Source of the DNA: a virus
Lineage: Duplodnaviria > Caudoviricetes
Virus record (IMG/VR): IMGVR_UViG_3300021444_000006
Coordinates: 1 to 28,068 of that record
Reading direction: 5' to 3' (one strand)
DNA: 28,068 nt
Shown piece after piece: positions 8,404-18,400 of the stretch (position 1 is the first letter of the stretch; every line of letters starts with the position of its first letter). The notes beneath the pieces were generated by a model, which searched no databases, was not told where the DNA came from, and saw only the letters and a list, made by a program, of their open reading frames with translations. Both the position numbers and the translations under genes were made by a program.

Positions 8404-9177
8404 ATGGCACTTCGCTACTCTGACGGCCTGCGCAATTTCCTGGCCAAGTATGGTTCGTTGGCAGATGCTCTGACCAATGGCCAGATCATGATCTATTCGG
8501 GCGCCCAGCCCGCGAGCCCCAACGCCGCCCCCACGGGCACGCTGCTGTGCACGATCACCGACAGCTCCAATGCCCGCACCGCCGAGGTACTGGCCACCGG
8601 CACGGTGACGCTGACCGGCGGTGCTTCCGGCTCGGTGGATACGATCACCGTCAACGGCGTGGAAATCATGGGCGGCTCCGTACCCTTCAATGGCACGCTG
8701 AACCAGACTGCGCTCGATGTGGCCAGCCAGATCAACCGTACCAAGAGCGCCGTGGACTACACCGCCTCGGCTTCGGGTGCGGTCATCACCATTTCGGCCA
8801 TGCGCGGCACTGGCACCGTCCCCAACAGCTTCACGGTGGCGGGCACCAGCACCACCATCACGGCCAGCTATACGGCCATGAGTGGCGGCGTAGCAGCGGT
8901 CAACGGCCTGAAGTTCGACTACCCCAACACCGGCGTCATGGGCGCCTTCCCCAACCAGAAGTGGTCGGGCAACAACGTGTCGGATGGCTCGGCCGGCTGG
9001 TTCCGCTTCGTGGGTAGCGTGGCCGACAGCGGCGCGCTCGATACCACCGCCAGCCAGATTCGCCTGGATGGCGCCGTGTCCACCACCGGCACTGAGCTGA
9101 GCCTGAACAGCACCACGCTGAGCAACGGTGCCGAAACCCGCGTGACGACCGCCACGGCGACCGTACCCGCTCAGTAA
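8404..9177 (+). CDS. Virion structural protein, putative fibre subunit with inserted domain
   Basis: 257 aa, Thr/Gly/Ser-rich, with motifs IYSGAQPA, GTLL, AGWFR and RLDG. CTAGGAG RBS overlaps the previous stop codon. Confidence 0.7.
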   Translation: MALRYSDGLRNFLAKYGSLADALTNGQIMIYSGAQPASPNAAPTGTLLCTITDSSNARTAEVLATGTVTLTGGASGSVDTITVNGVEIMGGSVPFNGTLNQTALDVASQINRTKSAVDYTASASGAVITISAMRGTGTVPNSFTVAGTSTTITASYTAMSGGVAAVNGLKFDYPNTGVMGAFPNQKWSGNNVSDGSAGWFRFVGSVADSGALDTTASQIRLDGAVSTTGTELSLNSTTLSNGAETRVTTATATVPAQ

Positions 9178-9187
9178 GGGGTAGACC

Positions 9188-10438
9188 ATGCCAGCGTTGA
9201 CCGGAGTGGGCGCTACCGGCAGCGGTGGCAGCCCTGGCACTGCAATCACCATCGCCCTGAGTGGTGTCGGCAACCTGTCCATGGTAGGGCGGGTCGGCGC
9301 CACCACCGGGATCACCTACGGGCTGACGTTCACGCAGCCCGTCATGGCGCTCAGCCTGTCGGGCTTGACCGGCATCGCCGGCTCCCTGACCATCCCTGAG
9401 CCCATCGCCGGGCTGGCGCTGACCGGCCTCACGCCGGTGCCCGTATCGGTCGCGCTGCTCGCCCCGCTGCCCGTGTTGGCCATGCAAGCCTCGGCCGGCG
9501 TGGTCGGCACGCTGACCCTGCAGAGCCCGACCCCGACCCTGGTGCTCGGTACCGGCAACGGCTTGGCATTCCAGTGCCCGCTGCCGCAGCTGCTGATGGC
9601 GGGTAATACCGGCGTGTCGGCGGTCTTCGCGCCGACCATTGCACTGCCGACCCTGGCCATGACCGTGGTGCAGCAGACTGTGGCCCAGCTGAGCCTCCCC
9701 GCGCCACTGCAGACCCTGCAGCTGACGGGCCAGATCGGCGTCGGCGCTGCCCTAGGGGTGCGGGTACCGCCGCCGGTGCTCAACCTGCACGCCGTTACCG
9801 GCAAGACCGCGACTCTGGCCATCCCATTACCGGCGCCGCAGCTGGTGTTTCAGGGCGCCCTGGCCACCGTGGGCGTGCTGCGGCTGCAGACGCTTCCGTT
9901 GGGCATCCTGTTCAATACCGTGTCCTGGCCTACGGCGGCCCAGGTCAGCGCCCAGCGTGTCACCTACGCGCTGCAGACCGAACGTATCGCGCTCTCGCAG
10001 TACACCAACTACCCGTTCAATTCCTTCGTGATCTTCCGCGGGCGCAAGATGGGGGCCAGCACGGATGGCATCTTCGAGCTGGTGGGCGACACGGATAACG
10101 GCGTGCCGATCCAGGCCGAGGCCCGGTTTGGCATCACCGACATGAACACCTCGCACATCAAGCGCGTGGATCGCGTCTACGTCGGCTACCGCGGCGCCCA
10201 TGGCCATCAGGTGCTGATCGTGCGGGTGATGACCAACGAATCGCAGCAGCGCGACTATGGCGTGCCGCCGTCGATTGCCTCGGGTCTGCATGGCGCGCGG
10301 GCGGTGCTCGGCAAGGGCGTGGAGGCGCGCTACTGGCAGTTCGGCATCCTGAACCGCAACGGTGAGAATTTCACGCTCGATACCGTGGAAGTCCAGCCGA
10401 TCAACTACCAGCGCCGCCGGGGCAGCAAAGATGCGTGA
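9188..10438 (+). CDS. Repeat-containing tail protein (N-terminal ~21-aa repeats plus C-terminal globular domain)
   Basis: 416 aa. About 10 L-x-x-x-x-P-x-P-x-L-x-L-x-G type repeats, then the domain SQYTNYPFNSF...LGKGVEARYWQF. Confidence 0.72.
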   Translation: MPALTGVGATGSGGSPGTAITIALSGVGNLSMVGRVGATTGITYGLTFTQPVMALSLSGLTGIAGSLTIPEPIAGLALTGLTPVPVSVALLAPLPVLAMQASAGVVGTLTLQSPTPTLVLGTGNGLAFQCPLPQLLMAGNTGVSAVFAPTIALPTLAMTVVQQTVAQLSLPAPLQTLQLTGQIGVGAALGVRVPPPVLNLHAVTGKTATLAIPLPAPQLVFQGALATVGVLRLQTLPLGILFNTVSWPTAAQVSAQRVTYALQTERIALSQYTNYPFNSFVIFRGRKMGASTDGIFELVGDTDNGVPIQAEARFGITDMNTSHIKRVDRVYVGYRGAHGHQVLIVRVMTNESQQRDYGVPPSIASGLHGARAVLGKGVEARYWQFGILNRNGENFTLDTVEVQPINYQRRRGSKDA

Positions 10439-12224
10439 GTTCGGCCCGGCTCGCAAGGAGCTATCCGGCGAGGAAGCCGCCCCCTACATCGGGGTGGCTC
10501 GCGTCCTTTTGGGCAAGCTCAAGAACGACATGGCATTCAATAAGCTGTCCTGGGGCACGCGCCAGCAGCAGCTGGAGGATGGCACCGTCATCGCCGTGAC
10601 CTCGATGTATGGCGCGGACACGTTCCGCATCCTGGCGCCGGTGCCGCCCCCGCCACCCGTGCTCAACGCTGAGGTCATCGAGCAGAAGACCGGCATCGGC
10701 AGCGAGGAAGAGCAGATCGAGACAGACAGCAGCGCTCCCTACCTCTGGGTGGGCGCACGCATCGTCAGTGGTGGCGCCGACGTGCTGGGCGCGACCTCGG
10801 GCGACTCGGGCCGCTTCGTGAAGTTACATCTGTGTGTATGGGAAGACGACACGGCCGCGCCGGGGCACTGGGCCATCATCTCGAACCGCAACGCGTTGGG
10901 CATCTATGGCCAGCCGGCGTCGGAATATCCGCTGGGCGATAACCTGCTGATGCCGGGCGGCTCGGCTGCGGGTATTCCCTACACCGCGCGTCACCACTGC
11001 ATCGGCGTGGATGACCAGTATCCCGACTGGCTGACCAGCGTAGCCGCCAACCTCAAGGCCCCGGTCCAGACGCTGCGCAACGCGACCTATGCGCCCGGCA
11101 CCGCGAACAAGTACGACACGGTGGTCTTCTGCGACCCTGACGACCGCGCCGGATTTAACCCGTTTGGTACGCCGAAGTGGGCCAGCGGCAAGCCGGCCGG
11201 CGCCTACCGTATCAAGGTTATGGCCAGTGCAGACGACTGCACCAATTTCACGCCGGTGGAAGTCGAGGTGCTGCTGATGGTCGGCGCCCCGGGCGCTCAT
11301 GGAAGCGTCACGCAGAAGGTGCAGTTCACCATCTCCGAGTTCACCACTTATAGATTCGGGATGCTTCCTTACGGCTGGTTTCCGCCCACCGGCCCGCAGC
11401 CGGTCCAGGAGTGCACGGGCCAGGGCGATTACGGCGCCAACCCGCACGGCCCACACTGGTTCCAGGGGGGCGGCTCGGTCTTCATGCCCCCGCCCCAGGT
11501 CGAACGCCCGGCAGGCCAGTACCAACGTACCAGCTTGAGTTGGACCAGCAAGACGATGGTGCCACCTACTGGCTTCGCGGCCGGCTCCTTTCCGGCGCGT
11601 GATGACCGTTGCCGTATGTGTGTCCCTCGGGGGTCTACAACATACGGGCTATGGATCATATGGAGTGCATACAATTCAGACGATACCCCTGGGTATTACC
11701 CCGGTGGCCCTAAGCCCTACGGGTACCACAAGGTGCAGATAGTTTCCATCGGGGGGTCGGTCATCAGGGGCGGCACCATTGTCAGCACGGACTACAACAT
11801 TTATGTCAATGCCTTCGGTATGAGCAGCTTCGAGCAGATGGAGGACCTATCTAACCCAGGGCTAAGTGGGGTAGATATTAACGTGCCAGCGTCAGTGTGC
11901 TCTGCGCCCTACGATCCGAACTACCAGACGTCGAGTATCGGCCCATCCCACGGCGGCGGGGTTACTGCGATCCAGTTCGATGCGTCATGGTATTGGGACG
12001 CCTACGGCAAGTTCCACGGCACGGCTGGGGGCTTCAAACAGGGTATCGTCCCAGTACCGCCACCCACAGTGACCCAGTATCGGGTGCCGTACCCCTACGA
12101 TAATTTCGACGGCAACGGCAATCAAATCCAATCCTACACGCGGGAATGGCGCAAATTCCCAAGTAGCTACGACAACGTTGTCGGCTACGGCTGGCCAGAC
12201 CCAGCAGAGCCTACCCCTCCATAG
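10431..12224 (+). CDS. Putative tail/receptor-binding protein
   Basis: 597 aa from ATG 10431, overlapping the previous stop (ATGCGTGA). Rich in Pro, Gly, Tyr and Trp, with an atypical lower-GC C-terminal third. Confidence 0.6.
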   Translation: MREFGPARKELSGEEAAPYIGVARVLLGKLKNDMAFNKLSWGTRQQQLEDGTVIAVTSMYGADTFRILAPVPPPPPVLNAEVIEQKTGIGSEEEQIETDSSAPYLWVGARIVSGGADVLGATSGDSGRFVKLHLCVWEDDTAAPGHWAIISNRNALGIYGQPASEYPLGDNLLMPGGSAAGIPYTARHHCIGVDDQYPDWLTSVAANLKAPVQTLRNATYAPGTANKYDTVVFCDPDDRAGFNPFGTPKWASGKPAGAYRIKVMASADDCTNFTPVEVEVLLMVGAPGAHGSVTQKVQFTISEFTTYRFGMLPYGWFPPTGPQPVQECTGQGDYGANPHGPHWFQGGGSVFMPPPQVERPAGQYQRTSLSWTSKTMVPPTGFAAGSFPARDDRCRMCVPRGSTTYGLWIIWSAYNSDDTPGYYPGGPKPYGYHKVQIVSIGGSVIRGGTIVSTDYNIYVNAFGMSSFEQMEDLSNPGLSGVDINVPASVCSAPYDPNYQTSSIGPSHGGGVTAIQFDASWYWDAYGKFHGTAGGFKQGIVPVPPPTVTQYRVPYPYDNFDGNGNQIQSYTREWRKFPSSYDNVVGYGWPDPAEPTPP

Positions 12225-12231
12225 AGGGGAA

Positions 12232-12240
12232 TGTTAAACT
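12232..12240 (+). promoter_or_regulatory. Candidate extended -10 promoter (TGtTAAACT)
   Basis: TG-n-TAAACT in an AT-rich intergenic gap about 30 nt upstream of the 12270 start. Confidence 0.35.
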
Positions 12241-12269
12241 CGCGTCTGTAACTAAAAGGGGGCTTCGAC

Positions 12270-14312
12270 ATGACACTCGCATTTTCTGGCGGCGGCCCAC
12301 CCCTCGGACCACCCCCGCTGCTGCCCCCGCCACCCGGCCCGAGCAACGGCGCCCAGCAGATCGTCACGACTGGCTTCGGCAACGCCCAGAACTATGCCTC
12401 GACCGCCTTCAACGATGCGGTCGGCTTCTTGGATCGCCTGGGCACGACCGCGCAGCAGGTGGCCAACCTGCCGCCGGTGACGGCCGACCTCGGCAATATC
12501 GACACCTCGATTGCCCCCTATGCCGCACCGCCGGTGCCGGCGCGCCCCAACACGACCTTCACGCTGCCCCCTCAACCGGTCGATCCTGGCGTACCGACCA
12601 TCGTGCCCGCGCAAGTCGGTACCGCGCCGGCATTCACGGCCGTGGCGCCTACACTGAATATGCCGGTGGCGCCTACGCCGCTGACCGACACTGCACCTAC
12701 ATCGCCCGGGATCAACCCTGTCAACGTGCCGGTGATCCCGGACGTTATCTTGCCGGCCGTGCCTAGCCTGCTGGGCATTAACGTGCCGTCTGCACCGCTG
12801 CTGAATCTGCCCACGTTCACCGCGGTCACGCCCGACAGCCCGCTAGCGCCAGCCTACATCTTCAGCTTCGGCGAGCAGACCTACACCAGCCACCTGCTGG
12901 ATACGCTGCGCGGGCTGCTGCAAACTTGGCTCGACGGTACCAATACCGGGCTGCCACCCACTGTGGAGTCGGCGATCTGGGAACGCGCCCGCAGCCGTGA
13001 GGTGGCTGGCGCCAACCGCAAGATCGGCGAGGCCTCGCGCAACTTCGCGCGCAACGGCTTCACCAAGCCGCCCGGCGCGCTGGCTAGCGAGATACAGCAG
13101 GCGCTGCAGGAGCAGCAAGATAACCTCTCGACGGTGAGCCGCGACGTGATGGTCAAGCAAGCCGATCTGGAGCAATCCAATCGGCGCTTCGCCATTGAGC
13201 AGTGCTGGAAGGTGGAGCAGGGCCTGATCGAGTACAGCGGCCAGATCGCCGCCCGCGCGCTCGAAGCCGCCAAGTTTGCGCAGTCGGTCGGCATCGACAT
13301 TTACCGCGCCGCAGTGGAAGGCTACAAGGGCCAGATTCAAGCCTACACGGCCCAGGTCGAGGTCTTCAAGGCCAACATCCAGGCCGAGCTGTCCAGGCTA
13401 GACGCTTACAAGGCTGAATTGGAGGGCCAGCGCCTGATCGGTACGATCAACGAGCAACAGGTCAATATCTACCGCGCCCAGGTGGATGCCACCAAGGCCG
13501 TGATCGACATTGCCCGCAGCCGGATCGAAGCGGCCAACGTGCAAGCCACGGTGAACAAAACCATCATCGAGGCCTACGCCGCCGAGGTGGGCGCCTTCGC
13601 CGAGCGCGTGCGCGCCAAGGCCGCCGAGTACCAGGGCTACGCTACCACGGTGCAGGCCGAAGTCTCGAAGACCCAGGTGTTCGTAGCCCAGTCCCAGGCC
13701 TTCAGCGCCCAGGTCGAGGGCTACAAGGCCGGCGTCACGGCCCAGGTATCGGCCAAGCAGCTGGAGCTGGATATCGCCAAGTTCCCGCTGGAGGTCTACA
13801 AGGCGCGCACCGAGGTGTTCCGCGATCTGGTCCAGGCCGAGGGCATCCAAGTCGATGCCGCCGCCAAGATGTACACCGCCGACGCCCAGATGCTGGATAG
13901 CCAAGTCAAGGGTGCCATCGCCCAGATCACGGCGCGCACGGACGTTATCAAGGCCCAGACCGAGGTTGCCGTGGCATCGGGCAACCTGCGCATCGAAGCC
14001 GCCAAGGCCAACGTGCAGACCCTGATCCAACAAGCCAACCTGCTGATCGAGGCCATCAAGGGCGGTGCCCAGGTGGCCGCCCAGCTGGCCAGCGCGGCGC
14101 TGTCGTCGGTGAATCTGTCGGCCCAGGTCGGCGACCACACCACCTACGGCGTGTCCAACAGCGTGTCCAACAGCACCAGCAATTCGGTGGGCAACTCGCA
14201 ATCCACCAGTGTGTCGTACAGCAATGCGAATTCGGATAGCACGTCCACGTCGAACATCACGCAGGACAGCACTTCCGATATCACGGCGCACAATTACAAC
14301 TATTCCAACTGA
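12270..14312 (+). CDS. Coiled-coil virion protein (Pro-rich N-terminus, long helical region, Ser/Thr/Asn-rich tail)
   Basis: 680 aa with heptad-like Y/F-x-A-x-V periodicity. AAGGGGG RBS. Lies just before the candidate ejection proteins. Confidence 0.75.
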   Translation: MTLAFSGGGPPLGPPPLLPPPPGPSNGAQQIVTTGFGNAQNYASTAFNDAVGFLDRLGTTAQQVANLPPVTADLGNIDTSIAPYAAPPVPARPNTTFTLPPQPVDPGVPTIVPAQVGTAPAFTAVAPTLNMPVAPTPLTDTAPTSPGINPVNVPVIPDVILPAVPSLLGINVPSAPLLNLPTFTAVTPDSPLAPAYIFSFGEQTYTSHLLDTLRGLLQTWLDGTNTGLPPTVESAIWERARSREVAGANRKIGEASRNFARNGFTKPPGALASEIQQALQEQQDNLSTVSRDVMVKQADLEQSNRRFAIEQCWKVEQGLIEYSGQIAARALEAAKFAQSVGIDIYRAAVEGYKGQIQAYTAQVEVFKANIQAELSRLDAYKAELEGQRLIGTINEQQVNIYRAQVDATKAVIDIARSRIEAANVQATVNKTIIEAYAAEVGAFAERVRAKAAEYQGYATTVQAEVSKTQVFVAQSQAFSAQVEGYKAGVTAQVSAKQLELDIAKFPLEVYKARTEVFRDLVQAEGIQVDAAAKMYTADAQMLDSQVKGAIAQITARTDVIKAQTEVAVASGNLRIEAAKANVQTLIQQANLLIEAIKGGAQVAAQLASAALSSVNLSAQVGDHTTYGVSNSVSNSTSNSVGNSQSTSVSYSNANSDSTSTSNITQDSTSDITAHNYNYSN

Positions 14313-14320
14313 GGTCCATC

Positions 14321-15424
14321 ATGGCAACCACACCCAACGATGACGATCTGACCCGCAGCCTGCCCACAATGCAGGCGGCGCCGATGACCTATGGCCAGCA
14401 AATGAGTGCCGTGGGCAATGCCCTCCTGGGTGTGCTGGGTGGCGCCGGCCGTTTCATCACCAATGCCCCCGGCAGTGGCGGTCCATTGGATCGCCTGGTG
14501 GGCGGCTTGGCGGCTCCCAACGCATCCCAAGCGGCGACGGTCCTGCCGGCTGCCCAGGCGGCAGTGACGCCTACACCCACACCCGCGGCCACGACGCCGC
14601 CGGCGGTCAAGGCAGCCAATGCGCCAACCAACGCCGCGGCGGCCCCGCCGCCTGTGGCCCCGCTAACCCCCCGCCGCGCTCCCGGCGGTGGCGGCGCGGC
14701 CACTGCTACTGGCCCGGCGCTGATCCCTGGCGAAACGGGTTACTACAACCAGAACAACCAGCTGGTACCTTATGGCGTGGACCTCGGCGCCAATGGCAGC
14801 TTTGGCCCGACCGCGGCGGCTGCCGCGCGCGGCGGCTACGCCCCCGGCGCCGAGGGCAAGATGCCCGGCATGCCCGCTGGTGCTGGCAACCTGATCGACC
14901 CCCGCATGTACTTCCCGTCCATGGTGCAGGCCCAGATGGACTACGCCAATGCGGCGGCCAACTCGATCTTGAACAAGGCCGGCGATGGCAGCGAGCTGGG
15001 TTATAGCGCCCGCCTGCGCGCGCTCTCGGCCATCTACAACAACGGGCTGGCCCAGGTCGGTCAGGGTGGTGGCAATACCTTTAACGCCGGCATCTCCAAC
15101 ATCTTGGGCAGTGAAGCCAGCGCGGGGGCTACGTTGGGCGCGGCCGGCATCCAAGCCTCCACCGCCTCGGCCGACCGCGCTGCACAGCGCGAGCTGCAGG
15201 AATTCATGTTCAAGAACACCGCGCAGAACATGGGCTCGATCACCACCCCGACCGGCCCTGGTGGTATGCCGGTGACGGTGACGACCACGGGTATGCCGAA
15301 CGGCACGGGCGGCCTGAACCCGACCCGGCCGCAGCAGGAGCGCGCCAAGCCCAAGGAAGGCGCCACCCAGGTATTCAACGGTACGACCTATACCTACGCT
15401 AACGGAAACTGGAAGGCCCAATAA
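14321..15424 (+). CDS. Putative internal virion/ejection protein
   Basis: 367 aa, Ala/Gly/Pro-rich, GAGG RBS. Its stop overlaps the start of the giant gene (TAATG). Confidence 0.6.
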   Translation: MATTPNDDDLTRSLPTMQAAPMTYGQQMSAVGNALLGVLGGAGRFITNAPGSGGPLDRLVGGLAAPNASQAATVLPAAQAAVTPTPTPAATTPPAVKAANAPTNAAAAPPPVAPLTPRRAPGGGGAATATGPALIPGETGYYNQNNQLVPYGVDLGANGSFGPTAAAAARGGYAPGAEGKMPGMPAGAGNLIDPRMYFPSMVQAQMDYANAAANSILNKAGDGSELGYSARLRALSAIYNNGLAQVGQGGGNTFNAGISNILGSEASAGATLGAAGIQASTASADRAAQRELQEFMFKNTAQNMGSITTPTGPGGMPVTVTTTGMPNGTGGLNPTRPQQERAKPKEGATQVFNGTTYTYANGNWKAQ

Positions 15425-18400
15425 TGCCGCAAGTTGACCAAGCCACCCTGGACAACGCCTATCAGGCCCAGCAAGACGCGATCACCAATGCCCACCTAGC
15501 GCCGCAGCCGGTCGAGACGCGCGGCCCGCTCGGGGAAATGGGCGCTGGCATCGCGCGCGGTGCCCTGGTGGGCTTGCCTTCGCTGATCGGTGGTGCGCTG
15601 AAGTATGCCAGTGAGCCCGGTCAGTCGCTGTACAACTTCGGCCAGGGTATGGTGCAGTCGGCCGAAGCCCGTGGCCAGAGCCCGAACCTAACGCTGCATC
15701 CCGAGCAGCACAACGCTGTCACCAACGCGTTGGCCAGCGGCGCCGAGATGGTGCCGCAAATCCTGCCCATCGCCGCCGCTGGTATCGGTGCCGGCACGCT
15801 GGGCGCCCCCGCAGCCCTGGCTACGGGCATTGGCGCCTTAGCCGGTGGCGGTCTGTTCGGTGCCGAGGCCGGCCAGCGCACCCTGGAGAAGGGTCGCGCC
15901 GCAGGCGTGGATGAACAGACTGCGCGCGAGGCTGCCCGTTTGAATGCTGGCGTGACCTTCGCCGGCCAAGCCGCGCTCGGCATGGTCGGTGGCCAGCTGC
16001 TAGGCACCGTGGGCAAGACCCTCGGCCCCCTGGTGGGTAAGGAAGGCCAAGCCCTGGCCAGTAGCGCGTTGTCCGATCTGGCCGGCATGAATGGCGTTGT
16101 GTCGCCCCTGCTCAAGCAGTTGCCAGCCAGCGCTGCCGAAGTGGTCGGCGCCAACGCCGCCCAGCAAGCCGCCAGTGCCAAGATCGAGCAGAGCTATGGC
16201 ATCGACAACACCTCGCCGTTGGATGCGGCCCTGCAGTCGATTGGCCCCTCGCTGGGCCTGACCGCCCTGATGGGACCGGCCGCCCTGGTCGGCCGCGCCA
16301 TGGGCGTGCGCTCGGCCCAGCAGCGTACCGCCGATCTGGCCAATGGCGAGGCCCCGCCCGAGATTCGCCGCCAGCTGGCCGACCAGTACGCTAGCCAGCT
16401 GCAGCGCGTGGACCCGGCCGCCGCCGAGGCCTTCCGACAGAACGCCCAGGTCGCTATCGACAACAAGCTGCACATGCCAGTGGATAGCCGCCTGCTCGAC
16501 CCCAATACCATGCAGGCCCCGCTCACGCCCGAGCAGCAGGAAGCCGCCGCCATGCCGGCTACCTTCGCTGGTGCCGCGCCTGAGATGGTCGGCCCGCAAG
16601 CACCGGCCACCGAAGTCACCGCCCCCGCCTGGACCACCGAGCTGGGTGCAGCTCACCCGCGCGAGCCCGGCATCGACTTCACCCACAATATCGACACCAG
16701 CAATCTGGAGATTGCGGACCTGCACGGCCAGATTCGCCAGGGTCTGGAAGCCAACGGCATCGCGCCTGCTGCGCCCATGTCGCGCGCCGAGTTCGGTGCT
16801 CGCCCCGACATGACCGGCAAGAATGCCCAGACCGTGGCCGAGGCCTACCGCAACTATCTGGCTGACCCGGAAACCGCGCGCGATCTGATGCGTCAGGACG
16901 CCGACGCCTATGACGCTATCGGCCGCGAGCCGGCAGCGCCTGTGATCCCTGATGCGCCGGCCGACACGATGCAGGCCCAGCCCACCCCCAAGGAACCGCT
17001 GGCCAACAACGCCATGGCTGATGCCATGACCGCCGCGTTCAAGAAGGCTGATGAAGACCGGGCCTATGCTGAGCAAGCCGCCAAGAAGGCCGCTGAAACT
17101 AACGCCATCGGCAACATCGGTGCCGGCGAGCGCACTGCTGCCGCAGCCGAGGCTGGCCAGATCGCAGCCGATATCAACGCCCCCAAGGGGCGCGACGCCA
17201 TCGTGGACGACTGGAAGACCGCGATGGAAGCCAATGGTATGGATACCAAGGCCCAGGCGCTGACCCCGTTCATGAAGCGCCTGGACAACCTGGGCGTGAT
17301 GGACATGGCCACGCACCGCGAACAGATCGACGCGCTGCAGTCGATCATTGATGACAAGACCGCATCGCAGACCACACGCGACCGCGCCTCCATGCTCAAG
17401 GAAGCCTGGGACAAGGACATGCCCGATGTGTTGGAGCCGACCGGCGCCGCCCCAGGTGTGAATACCCCGGCTCCTGCCAATGCGCTGGGTGAGAACATCC
17501 CCCAAGCCGCGCCCGAGAATGCCGCCATGTCGCCCAAGCTGGAGGCTGTGGCCAACACGTTGGAGAGCAATCTGCAGCAGGTCGGCGACGTGGGCGTGTC
17601 CACCAAGGCCGAGATGATCGCCGACCGCGTGGCCCAGCTGCGCGTGGAGATGAACGACCGTGTGAACGCCGGCGAGAAGCTCTCGCCACTGGAGCAGGAG
17701 CGCGCCGAAGACCTGCGCGACTTCGCCCATCTGATCGACAACTACACTGAGGGCAAGGCCACGCCCGCCGACGCCCAATGGGTGAACGATATCGCCAAGA
17801 TGGTCGATGAAGCCAGCAAGCCCTACACTGAGTCGCTGCGCAAGGTGGAGATTCCCGGCCCGAAGATGGACGATGCGAATCAGGTAGACCCGGGCCTACT
17901 GGCCCCATCCATGCTCTCGCACAAAGCGGTCGATACCATCACCAACCTGAAGGAGCAGGGCTCGGCTCCATGGGTGCGCGATCTGGCCGCCAAGCTGGAG
18001 CCGCTGATGGGTGACACCCAAATCTGGCCGGCCCTGGACCGTGCGCCCGAAGAAGTCACGCTGAAGGGCGGCTTCAAGGGTACCGAGGTTGGTGGCTACG
18101 ATATCCCCAAAGACACTATCGAGATTGGTCGTGCCACCGAATCCACGATCCTGCACGAGGCCGTGCACGCTGCGACCGCGACCCGGATCAACGAGGCTCT
18201 GGCCATCAAGCGCGCGTCCAACCAGCGCGAAGCCCAGCTGCTCAAGGCCCGCGACCAGCTGCAGAGCGTCTACGACGAAGCGACCAATCTGCCCGGCGCC
18301 CGTGCCCAGTACGGTATGCAGAACCTGCACGAATTTGTGGCCGAGCTGCACTCGAACGCCGAGTTCCGCGATTTCCTGCAAACGCGTGGCTTCATGGGCC

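Noticed and set aside
10362-10430. Longer N-terminus of the 620-aa ORF
   Set aside because: ATG 10431 overlapping the previous stop is the more typical coupled start. The extension lies wholly within the upstream gene.
11600-12224. Diversity-generating retroelement target
   Set aside because: No reverse transcriptase and no template/variable repeat pair is visible in the window. It cannot be excluded elsewhere in the genome.
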